From: an uncultured virus (IMG/VR IMGVR_UViG_3300034684_000231) | Lineage: Duplodnaviria > Heunggongvirae > Uroviricota > Caudoviricetes | Virus record (IMG/VR): IMGVR_UViG_3300034684_000231 | Direction: 5' to 3' (one strand) | DNA length: 63,248 nucleotides | In this document: piece by piece, positions 32,764 through 43,190 of the stretch | Layout: each line of letters begins with the position of its first letter | Position numbering within the stretch: the stretch's first letter is position 1 | Position numbers and translations under genes: made by a program | The notes under the pieces: generated by a model | What the model was told of the DNA's origin: nothing | The model's input: only the letters and a program-made list of their open reading frames with translations | Databases searched by the model: none

Positions 32764-32979
32764 ATGTTTAAACAAGTATGTGTTGGTAGCGAAGTGTTAG
32801 ATCTTTACTTTACTGATGAACCAGGGGTTTTCCTTGGGGTGCGTCACAAAGGCTATGAACAACCAATCGCATACGAAAACATATTTGGCGAACCTGTAGC
32901 TAGATACACGAATGACGAAATGTTAGAAATATCACAAGAAGAATTATTCGATATTATTACGGGAGGTGTAAAAATATGA
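32764..32979 (+). CDS. Hypothetical protein
   Basis: SD after the leader motif. Confidence 0.6.
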   Translation: MFKQVCVGSEVLDLYFTDEPGVFLGVRHKGYEQPIAYENIFGEPVARYTNDEMLEISQEELFDIITGGVKI

Positions 32980-33629
32980 AAATGCAAATATTGAAGGTAA
33001 AAAGTACAGAAGAATTAAAAGATTTTAAGAACTTTGAAGGTGTATTTGTATATTGGAAGCACCCACGAGCTTTCGCAGCAGTCAAGGCAGCGTTCGGAAC
33101 CTATGAAGGAAAAGTAGGATACATCAATATAGTACCAGTAGCAAACTGGAGGCAATTCAAATCATTAACAAGTAAAAACATACCAGTGTATGTGCTCGCA
33201 GATCAAAATTCAATTCAATCAGCCGTGCTAAACGGCAACGATAACACATATATTGTAGTAGATCTTTCAAATTTGGATATTGCATCCATTCCACAAGAAG
33301 TCGAAGTTATACGCATGAGCCCAGATAAGTATGTTGCAGAGAACCCAGATGCAGTCTTTGTATACAACGCACAAAGTATTCAAGCATTCGACGCAGTTCT
33401 AAACATTCCACCAGAACGCAAAAGATATTACAGCAAAGTCAACGAAGCTAAATTTTTACTAAACAACGAAAACGCCGTTTTAGTTCTTGGCATGGATGTT
33501 CCTGTCAAACAAGTTCTGTTCTCTGCATTATTCAGACCAGTACCTAGAATCAGAGTTTTAATCCCACCAAAGGACGGCGACAGGGAAGAAGTCGACAAAG
33601 TGATAGACGTAACAGATCTCTTTGAATAA
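32976..33629 (+). CDS. Hypothetical protein
   Basis: ATGA-coupled ORF of 217 aa; TTCG-loop terminator at about 33638-33668. Confidence 0.75.
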   Translation: MKMQILKVKSTEELKDFKNFEGVFVYWKHPRAFAAVKAAFGTYEGKVGYINIVPVANWRQFKSLTSKNIPVYVLADQNSIQSAVLNGNDNTYIVVDLSNLDIASIPQEVEVIRMSPDKYVAENPDAVFVYNAQSIQAFDAVLNIPPERKRYYSKVNEAKFLLNNENAVLVLGMDVPVKQVLFSALFRPVPRIRVLIPPKDGDREEVDKVIDVTDLFE

Positions 33630-33704
33630 TCACAATAGGCCACTCGCCTTCGGGCGGGTGGCTTTATTTTCCTCTATACCCCCCTATATACGTGCCTATC
33701 TAAA

Positions 33705-33895
33705 ATTAGACGACTTGTCTAAACGATTCCAATATGTGTCAGACGATAAGCCGACAAAACCCGACATTGTCTGCAGACAACCCGACAAATCACCCGACAT
33801 CGTCGACAAATTACCCGACAATCCAGACAATGCGGCCGACATTGTCGACAATTCCCCCGACATTGTCAGACATCCACCAGACATTGTCGATAAGT
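33705..33895. repeat. C(C/A)GACA(A/T) / GACATTGTC repeat cluster
   Basis: More than 12 copies of (C/A)GACA, several within the quasi-palindrome GACATTGTC, in an intergenic region. Confidence 0.8.
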
Positions 33896-34295
33896 TTCTT
33901 CAAACTTCGTTAAAAGCCAACGCCAGAATAATCGCAAAACGCACATAGGATGGGCGTGAGAGGCTATCCCCCACATTTTTTCGATTCTTTGTTCTTTTGT
34001 CGTGTACGCTTTTAGATGCTAGTTAATAGTTATTTATCGCAGCCTTTAATTAAGTCTGCTTGAAAAGGCATTGTGTAAGAAAGCATACGTTTGTTATATA
34101 GGAGGTGGTTAGATATGCATAGGGCTGTTATATGCGGCTATAGATAGGAGAGTGTAGATATTAGATTTAGAGGGAAGGAGGTATGCCGCGTTTTGTGTGT
34201 GCAAAAAGGAAGATGGTTTTGCCCGCGTTGAGGGTGTTAGTTAGGATATATGCCCGCTTTAAGGGTGACAAAAATTGAACAAAGGAGGGATTTTG

Positions 34296-34901
34296 ATGAA
34301 ATTAGTAGATTTTGATGCTCTAGATAAAGCAATTGAATATGAGCATGAGCATATAGATATAAAAGGCGCAGCACATAATCTTAGAGGACTTAAACAACTA
34401 ATGGGCCCTGTTACTAGTGTATGGTCTGATTTCGTATTGGAATCCGCTATGCGCTCTGGATTGACTGAAGATGAGAAAAAGGCTCTCGTCCGAGAGATGG
34501 AGGCTGATATAAGAAGAGCTGTTAAAAAGGATAAGTCAAAAGTTGTCTATGGCGCTATTGTGGCATTTGTTGCACTTAAACAATGGCATCTTGATGACTT
34601 TGCAATTACATATGCGCAAATGATTGGACTTAATATGAAGAAATTTCTTGCATATATTTCTAACTTTCAGTCTACAGGTGAAAAAGTAATACGCGGCTTT
34701 CAAGTTGTTTACGGAAAAAACGAAGAACTTGCACCAATATTTGCAAAGTTAATACCAGTTGCACAGGCTAATACATTTCAGAGAGCAAGTAGAAGGAGAA
34801 TTAATTTTATAATTGAGAGATTGCCACGCTATATAAGCCTATTTAAACAAATAAATAATTCAAAAGGAGGAGATAATAATGATATTAGGGAGAATATATA
34901 G
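34296..34901 (+). CDS. Hypothetical protein, first gene of the RNAP operon (possible RNAP subunit)
   Basis: SD GGAGG; overlaps the next gene; weak similarity to the giant RNAP near 8550-8750. Confidence 0.7.
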   Translation: MKLVDFDALDKAIEYEHEHIDIKGAAHNLRGLKQLMGPVTSVWSDFVLESAMRSGLTEDEKKALVREMEADIRRAVKKDKSKVVYGAIVAFVALKQWHLDDFAITYAQMIGLNMKKFLAYISNFQSTGEKVIRGFQVVYGKNEELAPIFAKLIPVAQANTFQRASRRRINFIIERLPRYISLFKQINNSKGGDNNDIRENI

Positions 34902-36108
34902 ATGGGTTAAAGTAAATACAGCTGCTATAGTAGAACTTCAAGATAAAACAATAGTTGCGCCGACAACAGAAGATGACTATAAAAGCCCTCAAGCATATAG
35001 AGGAGCCAGTAGAGTATATGCAGGAATGTTTGCTGGCATAATTAAATGGTTAACAAAAAATAACATGCTCTATGTCATACCAAGAGCCGAGCTTAAGACT
35101 AAGACTTTCTCTAAAGGCATTGACATAGAGAAATTCGACGGCTTGAGTCTTAGCTCAATTAATAGGCCATTCTCTAGATTAGTCGTATCATCGCACGAGA
35201 AATGCGGTATCGAAAGATGGGCTAATCCATTCGCACTTATAACAGACGGAACTAGAAATTTGAATACATTCTTCTATCAAATGCCTATCGTTAAATTGAG
35301 TAACAACCTACTTAGATTATTCCACAAATCTAAGCTTCCAATTAAAGGGCTTGGTCATGAGTTATTTGGTATTCCAGGAATTACAATCTTCCTAGACAAA
35401 ACAATGCCAGAAACTAATAAATTGATCCAACAAATTACAGGACTTCCAATAAGTCTTGAAGGAGATGGCATCATTGTGTCTAAGCAATGGAAATCTCAGA
35501 TTAAGGTTTTAACAGATTTAGGCGAAGAATTAGATCTACCAACCACTTTCAAAATGCAGGGATTAGCAAGATCTAAGGGAATCACAATTGCAGAATTTGA
35601 AGCCAACAGAGTTCTTATCCGCATTGGAGAACAAATCTTTCCAGTAGACGTAATAATGAATACACAAGGTAAAAGACTTAACAAGGCAGCAAATATAACA
35701 CTTTCCGCAATGAGACTTCGCAAATTTCTCGGAGAAGAAATACCAACTATCGATACAGCAAATGTTCAACAATTAATCGAGCTAAAGAACAAATACAAAT
35801 ATATGACAGGCACACTAATAGTTGGCGGAGAAGAAGTCGGAGAAGTTTTAGTTGGAATTAATAAATTCTACATAGATTTAACTCACAAAATGCAGCCAAA
35901 AGTAGATAGTCCAAATATATCATACGTCCAAGCAAAGCAAATTCTCAAAGCTATTGATTATCCGTTGCTAGATAGATTTCCAGAAAAGAAAATTGATGAA
36001 AATCTAAAATTCATAGAAAAACAAATGGATCAAGTCATGCAGATTATAAATGCCATAAATCACGAAGAAGGAGGGGATTTTAATGATAACGAAGACATTA
36101 TGTCCTAG
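34879..36108 (+). CDS. Non-virion two-barrel RNA polymerase, subunit 1 (beta-like barrel)
   Basis: LEGDGII, KMQGLARSKGI and MNTQGKRLNK match MVGDAYF, KITGIARSKGM and INTQGKRKNK in the giant ORF. Confidence 0.75.
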   Translation: MILGRIYRWVKVNTAAIVELQDKTIVAPTTEDDYKSPQAYRGASRVYAGMFAGIIKWLTKNNMLYVIPRAELKTKTFSKGIDIEKFDGLSLSSINRPFSRLVVSSHEKCGIERWANPFALITDGTRNLNTFFYQMPIVKLSNNLLRLFHKSKLPIKGLGHELFGIPGITIFLDKTMPETNKLIQQITGLPISLEGDGIIVSKQWKSQIKVLTDLGEELDLPTTFKMQGLARSKGITIAEFEANRVLIRIGEQIFPVDVIMNTQGKRLNKAANITLSAMRLRKFLGEEIPTIDTANVQQLIELKNKYKYMTGTLIVGGEEVGEVLVGINKFYIDLTHKMQPKVDSPNISYVQAKQILKAIDYPLLDRFPEKKIDENLKFIEKQMDQVMQIINAINHEEGGDFNDNEDIMS

Positions 36109-37078
36109 GTTTGAAAACGATATAGATGCAATCAAATGGCTTAGGGATAATGTGCCAGAACACTATCACTTTTATGACACTGTACTCCATGTTCTTGCTT
36201 CTCCAATTCTAGATGGGATTCCAGTATTCGGAGAAGAAGTTAAAGAAATGTTAGAACAAATAAATAAAACCCCAGTTTGGCTTGGAGATAAAGTATTCGA
36301 AATAGATGTAAAACCAAGAAGCTTATATTGGGAACTTCAAGATAATTTTGACGAAATGTTATCGGATTTAATGAAAGGCAATGATATGCCTGAATTTGAA
36401 TCTGAATTTACAGCAGAAAAATACTATGCAGCCACAGCATTATTGACAACAATAATTGACACTAATGTTTCAGCTACATACGTCTTCTCGAGTGTTGAAT
36501 CAAAACAATTTGCAAAAACATTAAAGATTCTTACAAGAAATCTTGAAAGAATTCAGGCAAGTTTAATCAAAGTTGCAGCAACTGAGATCGCAAATAAGAA
36601 AGATATCGTTGGTATTCGTGGAAGGCATATAACTCTTGATAGAAGCTTTAGAAATTTTCTTGCACCAGTAGATATACTACAAGAAGTACTTAAGAAACCA
36701 CAAATAGTTAGATCTATTGTTGTAGTAAATGGAGATACAGCATATACGTGTAATCTTAAAGGCGTAAGAGAACTACTCCAAAAGTTTGGCATTAACGGTA
36801 TCAAGAGAGTTGTAAGACTACATTTCAAAGATATGAAAAAGCTAATAGAATTTGATCCAAACAACGATACAATAATAGGCCATGTGTTTAGACATCCGAT
36901 TATAGGCTATATCGGCGTTGGCACAGTTCAGCCCGCTAATATCAATGGCATAGGTGTGCCAGCTGATGTAGCTGAAAAACTTGATGGTGACGATGATGGA
37001 GATATTATTGATTTAGTACCATCAATTATTGTTAAAAATAAGAAATTCTCATTTGCTACTACAGTTCTTGATCTTTAA
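36083..37078 (+). CDS. Non-virion two-barrel RNA polymerase, subunit 2 (catalytic DxDGD barrel)
   Basis: VFRHPIIG...IGVPADVAEKLDGDDDGDIIDLV: the R-x-P plus DxDGD signature of double-psi beta-barrel RNAPs. Confidence 0.82.
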   Translation: MITKTLCPRFENDIDAIKWLRDNVPEHYHFYDTVLHVLASPILDGIPVFGEEVKEMLEQINKTPVWLGDKVFEIDVKPRSLYWELQDNFDEMLSDLMKGNDMPEFESEFTAEKYYAATALLTTIIDTNVSATYVFSSVESKQFAKTLKILTRNLERIQASLIKVAATEIANKKDIVGIRGRHITLDRSFRNFLAPVDILQEVLKKPQIVRSIVVVNGDTAYTCNLKGVRELLQKFGINGIKRVVRLHFKDMKKLIEFDPNNDTIIGHVFRHPIIGYIGVGTVQPANINGIGVPADVAEKLDGDDDGDIIDLVPSIIVKNKKFSFATTVLDL

Positions 37079-37142
37079 TAAGCAGAGGGGGGGTAATTCC
37101 CCCTGTTTATTTTTAAAAAATAAATGCAGAGGAGGGATAATA

Positions 37143-37553
37143 ATGATTAAAACGATAGAAAGTAGAACAATATTAAAACCATGGTTAGATCAAACAGTAA
37201 AAGTAGTAGGCCAGGTAGCTGATTTTGCTACAGCCAAAGTAACAGGTAACTCAACAGAAAGACGACCTTCAATCTTGTTAAAAAGACTTACTATTGTTAA
37301 AGGAAAACATATAATTCGACTTGATCATATTTGGATTATTCCAAAAGGTGATCTTTTGCACAAAGAGATTGCAGATGGTGATTGGGTACAATTTAAGGCA
37401 AAGGTGTACCAGTATCACAAGTTTCACAAGAGACTTAAAAATACAATTGTCTGTTCGTATGGTTTAACTGATATTTCAGAATTTGAAGTATTATGGGAAA
37501 ATCCAAGCCCGAGTAAATTTCTTGAAGATGTCTATGTTGCAACGCTTTTATGA
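37143..37553 (+). CDS. Hypothetical beta-rich basic protein
   Basis: SD GGAGG; LDHIWI, GDWVQFKAKVYQY, SYGL. Confidence 0.7.
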   Translation: MIKTIESRTILKPWLDQTVKVVGQVADFATAKVTGNSTERRPSILLKRLTIVKGKHIIRLDHIWIIPKGDLLHKEIADGDWVQFKAKVYQYHKFHKRLKNTIVCSYGLTDISEFEVLWENPSPSKFLEDVYVATLL

Positions 37554-37809
37554 GCCGCGCATAGGCGGCTCTTTTTTCGTGGCTCTTTTTTCATGGTTAT
37601 TTTATTTTTTGTAGCTAATATGGTAATACGCCCGCGACCACTTTAGGCAGGGCAAAATTATATATTATTGGCTAATATTATACTAATTGCAGAATATGAC
37701 GGCATATATTAGATATTAGATTTCAAAAGTATGTATCTTATTGATTGCTCCCCGCCCTAAAGGGCGAGGCTTTCTGCAAAAGATCCATAGTAAAAAAGGA
37801 GGGATAAAA

Positions 37810-39177
37810 GTGAACGAATTAATAACAGATAATAGTTTGACTAAAATAGCTATTAGCTTAATCAAGAAAGCAATGCCATTAGAATATACGGTCTTTAAGG
37901 TTATAATATCTAAGTTATTTAACAACATTCTATACAATTATTTTAACCACGGGCGTGAATCTTTTACAACTCTCGAACGATTTTTCAAAAAGTTATTGCG
38001 TGAATTAAATCAAACATTGCCAGATTTAAATATATTCTATATACCAAAAACTCAATTTGCTGAGTCTTTATACGCACCGCTGATTAACAATAAAGATGTT
38101 GCACATCAACAATTTATAGAACCTGTGCAGAAAGATGACAATATAGGAATTATTATGAACATGATAGCAACAAGAGACAATACTCCGATACATAATCTGC
38201 TTCAGACGCCCGTAAGTAGCGAATATATTAGTAATTTTATTGAAGATCATCTGCCTTTTTTCGAAGATGTGGAATATATTAGACAAACAGCAGAAGATGC
38301 ATCTATCAGTTCTGCAATTTATATTTTGTTTATGAGTACGCCGCTTGAAACCCTTCATACATTATCAAAAAAGGATTTGTCTAAACAATCATGTGCAGTT
38401 ACATCTATTAACTATCTTACAATACCTTTTATAGAAGATGTCGTTACATATATGCATCATTACAAGTATGTATATGTGCTTTCAAATGACATTGAATGGA
38501 ATGATTACTTACCAATACATAAACTAAACGTGCCAACTTATACAGACTTCTTTTGTTACGATCAAATCAAACAATATATTGCTAAATGGATAGAATTTGC
38601 AAAGCGCGAATATAGAAATGTGTTTGATAAGATATCGGACGGCAACGTTGCCGAACTTATACAGTTTGTGTATGACTATGAACCAGCAAATATATATGTT
38701 TATAGCTCTAAAGTTGAATTGCCAGATATATTAAAAAATCTAATTGATAGACATAAGGAAATAAAAGATGTAGTATTAGAAATATTATACGAAAGTTACA
38801 TTGACTACATAAATTACAATGTGTTAGACGAAGATGAACAAGACGACTACTTTGACGATTTCTTTGCAAATGATATTAACGATGCCGATTGTGCAGATTA
38901 TATAATAGATAAATTATTTGAAAATGATTTAATTTACCATGTTGATTTGCACAGTTTTGACGACTTAGAATATCAAGCATTTAACTATATACGCTATGAG
39001 TTAGATTATGATTATGTACCAAATATGTTGGCTGATTTAAGAGCAAAAGATTTAATTGCACTTGCTTTCTTGCTTGGTGAATCGACTAAGCCAAATGGCT
39101 TTAAGACATACATAGATGATCAGATTGCAGAATATATAGATGCAACAAAGCAAAAACCTTTGTTATGTAATATCTGA
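37810..39177 (+). CDS. Hypothetical acidic protein
   Basis: Long ORF with SD GGAGG and GTG start. Confidence 0.8.
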   Translation: MNELITDNSLTKIAISLIKKAMPLEYTVFKVIISKLFNNILYNYFNHGRESFTTLERFFKKLLRELNQTLPDLNIFYIPKTQFAESLYAPLINNKDVAHQQFIEPVQKDDNIGIIMNMIATRDNTPIHNLLQTPVSSEYISNFIEDHLPFFEDVEYIRQTAEDASISSAIYILFMSTPLETLHTLSKKDLSKQSCAVTSINYLTIPFIEDVVTYMHHYKYVYVLSNDIEWNDYLPIHKLNVPTYTDFFCYDQIKQYIAKWIEFAKREYRNVFDKISDGNVAELIQFVYDYEPANIYVYSSKVELPDILKNLIDRHKEIKDVVLEILYESYIDYINYNVLDEDEQDDYFDDFFANDINDADCADYIIDKLFENDLIYHVDLHSFDDLEYQAFNYIRYELDYDYVPNMLADLRAKDLIALAFLLGESTKPNGFKTYIDDQIAEYIDATKQKPLLCNI

Positions 39178-39278
39178 AGCACAATTATATATTAATTTGT
39201 AAGTTAATTTTGGGTGCTCAGGAGATGTAATTCTCCTGAGTTTGTTATTATCTAGACTAATATATAGGAGGGGAAATT

Positions 39279-39821
39279 ATGCAAATTAGAAAGGAAATCG
39301 TTTCTGCATATTCTAAGCTTTTTGCTAAAATAGATTTTGTTGATTTTGCAGTTGAAATACCAATTCTTCCAAAAGGAAAAGAAGACGAATTATATATTTA
39401 TCAGCCAACACTCTTACTTGGAGAAAAAGAATATGAGTATACATCTAAAGATACCAAGGAAATTCGTTATACTATAGAACCAGAAGAAGACGAACTAATA
39501 TTTGTAGATGATAAACTCATTGTAAAACCAACTACAATTTCTGTACAACCACACGAGGCAAAGCATGTAATTAAATTTATTTCTACAGTGCCATACCATT
39601 CATCAAACGATTTAAGGTTAAAAGTTAAAGCAAAGGTATGGTACTTGTCAGATATATCAGGTTCAACAGACTATATCATTCTCATGCCATTAGAGAAAGA
39701 TAATTTTCCTATATATATGGTTTCTCCAAATATGAAAGTTGGCGAAAATATAGTTAAGATATTTAACAAAAACACTTCGTTGATACTATACAATACATAC
39801 GATATAGATGAAGACAAATAA
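39279..39821 (+). CDS. Hypothetical protein
   Basis: ORF with SD. Confidence 0.7.
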   Translation: MQIRKEIVSAYSKLFAKIDFVDFAVEIPILPKGKEDELYIYQPTLLLGEKEYEYTSKDTKEIRYTIEPEEDELIFVDDKLIVKPTTISVQPHEAKHVIKFISTVPYHSSNDLRLKVKAKVWYLSDISGSTDYIILMPLEKDNFPIYMVSPNMKVGENIVKIFNKNTSLILYNTYDIDEDK

Positions 39822-39921
39822 TATTTATCTTTCCAGCTGAGGTGGAGGCTTGCAAAAGCCTTAATGGACAAAGCAACATGTTACCATTGCAGGGAGCCAC
39901 ATTACATAAAGGAGGAATAAT

Positions 39922-40641
39922 ATGAAAATTACTGATATTTTTCCAACACCATGGTTTTATGCAACAAAAAATATAATAATAAAATTAGCTAAAGACGAAA
40001 CAATAAATAAAATTTTAAACATACATAAACTGACCGAACCTCTCGTATATTTTGGAAACCTTGAGGTTTGCCAAGAAGAATTATATAGTTTGAACCCTAA
40101 GAAATTATTAATTTATGCAATTATAAATAATCAAATACACCGAATCGCTAATGATATAAAAACATTTGTCCAAAAAAACATAAACAAAATAACAAAAATT
40201 GTTGTGGTAGACAAACAGGCTATAGCTATATTAACAAACTATAACCCGCACGATTTTCGCTTTAATGGAATTTTTAAATTCAACGACGGATATCTAGTAA
40301 ATATGCATGGTGTACAATTTAAGACCGAAACACTAGAAGAAGCAGAAAAACTCTACCAGCTAAAAGAAAAAATCAAAAAGTCCTTGGTCACAATTCATAC
40401 AACATATCCCCCTGATGAACCTATAGTATTTGAAAAGACGTCTATTAGTGATTCTTTACATAAGTTTTGGCTTGATGACAAGATAGTTGAAATACCAATT
40501 AAAGATTTATTCAGATTGTTTTTAAACAACGAAATTTGGGTTGATGAGAGTAGCTGGGCCTCTGATGCAACCAAAATTTATAAGGTATATTGTAGAGATG
40601 GCACCGTACGTTTGGTAGAAGAAGAAATATGGCATACTTAA
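39922..40641 (+). CDS. Hypothetical protein
   Basis: ORF with SD. Confidence 0.7.
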   Translation: MKITDIFPTPWFYATKNIIIKLAKDETINKILNIHKLTEPLVYFGNLEVCQEELYSLNPKKLLIYAIINNQIHRIANDIKTFVQKNINKITKIVVVDKQAIAILTNYNPHDFRFNGIFKFNDGYLVNMHGVQFKTETLEEAEKLYQLKEKIKKSLVTIHTTYPPDEPIVFEKTSISDSLHKFWLDDKIVEIPIKDLFRLFLNNEIWVDESSWASDATKIYKVYCRDGTVRLVEEEIWHT

Positions 40642-40731
40642 AAAATGGATGTTGAAACCAGACTTGTTACATGTAAAACACAAGTTAGGAATTTAACCTG
40701 TATAAAAAAATAACAATAAGGAGGAGATAGT

Positions 40732-41247
40732 ATGTTGAAGAGATTATTAGAAGAAATAAAAAAATTAAATATAGAATTTGAAATCTCTGGTGATAGAATC
40801 GTGGTAGTACTCAATGGTCATACGGTGCAATATAATCTGTACTATAATGATGTTTATACGGTAACAGTAATTGAAGATGGAGTTATTGTCACTGATTGGG
40901 ATGAATTCAACAATGAGGAAGACTTTATAACAAATATCATAAACGATATAAAAGAAAAAGCAAAATTATATAGTCAAAGAAATACAAAAAACGTTTTAAA
41001 AATTTATGATGAAGATACAATAGATTCTATTATAGATACAGATTTTGGTGAAGTGTGTCTCACAATCAACGTACTCAAAAAATATGAAGATAAATCAAGA
41101 GATTTTGTGGAATATGATGGCATTATACTCGATGCAGAGTTTAATGACCATATTCACGATGAAAAAGAAACAGAAGAATTGAAATCTTTTTATGTGGGAA
41201 AAAGAATCTCCGCCAATAATTTTGGTTGGTGGGAAATACACAATTAA
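40732..41247 (+). CDS. Hypothetical acidic protein
   Basis: ORF with SD. Confidence 0.7.
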   Translation: MLKRLLEEIKKLNIEFEISGDRIVVVLNGHTVQYNLYYNDVYTVTVIEDGVIVTDWDEFNNEEDFITNIINDIKEKAKLYSQRNTKNVLKIYDEDTIDSIIDTDFGEVCLTINVLKKYEDKSRDFVEYDGIILDAEFNDHIHDEKETEELKSFYVGKRISANNFGWWEIHN

Positions 41248-41297
41248 TTGTTAGAATTCTATAATAATGAATTAATACTAAAAAAGGAGGAAACATA

Positions 41298-41927
41298 ATG
41301 CCATACTATGCAGTTAAAGTGGGAAAACAGCCTGGAATATATACTTCATGGGAAGAAGCAAAACAACAAGTTAACGGATATCAAAACGCAGTATATAAGA
41401 AATTTAAAACAAAAGAAGAAGCTTTGGCGTTTTTAAATAACAACAAATTTAATAGCGATCACAATTCTGTTGATAACAACTTTCCAATAGCGTATGTTGA
41501 TGGTTCTTTTAGAGCAGAAGTTCCATCTGCTGGTATATATATAAAGCTTCCAAATGGTACAAGTCATGAATTTAGCTTTATTATTGATCAATTTAAAGAA
41601 AACCATCAAATTGCAGGCGAATTATTTGCATCACTATATGCAATTAAATGGGCAAAAGAAAAGGGCTACAAGAAATTAACTATAGTGTATGATTACGAAG
41701 GCGTTCGTGCTTTCGCAACAAACGACTGGGTTCCAAAAAGTAAAATTGCTAAATTGTATAGGAAACTATATAACAAGATATCTAGTGGCATAGAAGTAAA
41801 CTTTGTGAGCGTTAAAGCTCATACAAATATAGATGGCAACAACAGAGCAGATAAACTTGCTAAAAACGCATTCTTAAACGGCAACAAATGGCTCTTCATA
41901 GATCAAATTATTCAGTCATTACAGTAA
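41298..41927 (+). CDS. rnhA: Ribonuclease HI with N-terminal hybrid-binding (Cauli_VI) domain
   Basis: YYAVKVGKQPGIYTSWEE..YKKFKT; AYVDGSF; IAGEL; YDYEG; VKAH; NNRADKLAK. Confidence 0.93.
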   Translation: MPYYAVKVGKQPGIYTSWEEAKQQVNGYQNAVYKKFKTKEEALAFLNNNKFNSDHNSVDNNFPIAYVDGSFRAEVPSAGIYIKLPNGTSHEFSFIIDQFKENHQIAGELFASLYAIKWAKEKGYKKLTIVYDYEGVRAFATNDWVPKSKIAKLYRKLYNKISSGIEVNFVSVKAHTNIDGNNRADKLAKNAFLNGNKWLFIDQIIQSLQ

Positions 41928-42007
41928 CTTTAATTATTCAAAGATACAAAATGCCCTGGCAATTATGTCGGGAATTTTGTCTTTATTTTTTTAGATGAGG
42001 TGATTTA

Positions 42008-42667
42008 ATGTTCGGCAAAAGAACATTGAAAGCTATTGCAAGAAAAGTTAATTCTACTCATAATATAATTAAATTAGCTAATAGTTTATATTCATTAGAC
42101 ATTGAAGAAAATGCAGAATTGATATATGAAATTCTAAAAGAAGTATATGAAAAAGTTTATATAGTACCAAAAAGTCAAATACTCGATTTAAAAGTTTTGT
42201 ATAAACTTGCTTTATTAAGGCATGTAGAGTATGTTAAGAATTACGATTATAAGAATATGAGTTTTGAAGAGATTATTGTAAAAGCTAAAGACGATAATAA
42301 TATTCGCTTTAGTGAATTAAAAGAGAAAATAAAGAAAGAAGTAATTGCAATGGCTTCAGAAGTACCTGTTGCTTTTGAAGATACAACAGAGAAATTAAAC
42401 AGTTGGTATAAGATGGCATATGATAATTTGCATAATACAAATGGTTATAGATTGACTTATTTATTGTACTTGCCAGCACGATTGTATCCAATATCGTCAG
42501 ATAAACTGGAAAATATATTTAGAAATTGCTACAGCGCTAGTATTACACCAAAAGTATCCGAGTATTACTATGCTGTATTGATTTTTGAAAGGTATAATGA
42601 CAATCATGATTTAATACCAAGTGATATTAAGATTGATTTAGATATTAAAGAGCTTATTCTCAGTTAA
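42008..42667 (+). CDS. Hypothetical protein
   Basis: ORF with SD; N terminus resembles that of the 58557 gene. Confidence 0.7.
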   Translation: MFGKRTLKAIARKVNSTHNIIKLANSLYSLDIEENAELIYEILKEVYEKVYIVPKSQILDLKVLYKLALLRHVEYVKNYDYKNMSFEEIIVKAKDDNNIRFSELKEKIKKEVIAMASEVPVAFEDTTEKLNSWYKMAYDNLHNTNGYRLTYLLYLPARLYPISSDKLENIFRNCYSASITPKVSEYYYAVLIFERYNDNHDLIPSDIKIDLDIKELILS

Positions 42668-42681
42668 TGGAATTTAGACGG

Positions 42682-43190
42682 GTCAACTACCCACCACCTA
42701 TAGAGGCGGGGGCTTGTGAAGAACAAGCCATAGTTGATTAGACTCAGCCAGGGGGTATTAACCCTATCGGGCTACGTTATGCAGGAATATATAGGCACCA
42801 TGGGATACTCCACAAGTTCCATGCAAAATATATAGATATAAGAGATGGCTCAATTAAAACAGGACAGGAACTTTTCAATGGTAGAAGATGTCGTAACAAA
42901 AACTTGAATACAGAAAACCTTCGTAAGTTTAGAGGGCAGAAAATCTCTGCTGGTAGAAGAAGTATCCGCACACAAAGATATTTTTACCAACCAAAAGACA
43001 TTGTCATCTATGAAGGTAGAAAATACACTGTTAAGGTTATCCAAAACAAAGGTGCTTATATTAAGTTAGCAGAGATTTGTAAGCCAGTTAAAACTGAATT
43101 GGTTAAGCCATACGTGTTTAGGAAGGGTTTATGTGTTCTATAGGTGCAATTCATCACCCGCCTATAGAGGTGAGTGTCTTCTTGCATAGT
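42682..43190 (+). mobile_element. iscB: Internally deleted IS200/IS605 IscB-type element (omegaRNA/HEARO 5' part plus C-terminal IscB fragment)
   Basis: Left end GTCAACTACCCACCACCTATAGAGGCGGGGGCTTG..GTTGATTAGACTCAG..CTACGTT; truncated basic ORF 42904..43143; right-end hairpin CAATTCATCACCCGCCTATAGAGGTGAGTG. Confidence 0.75.

Noticed and set aside
33622..33948. 108-aa PDIV-repeat ORF
   Set aside because: TTG start without an SD, crosses a terminator, and simply translates the DNA repeat cluster.
34115..34231. Possible 38-codon TAG-containing ORF with GGAGG SD
   Set aside because: Too short and without recognisable motifs; cannot be supported.
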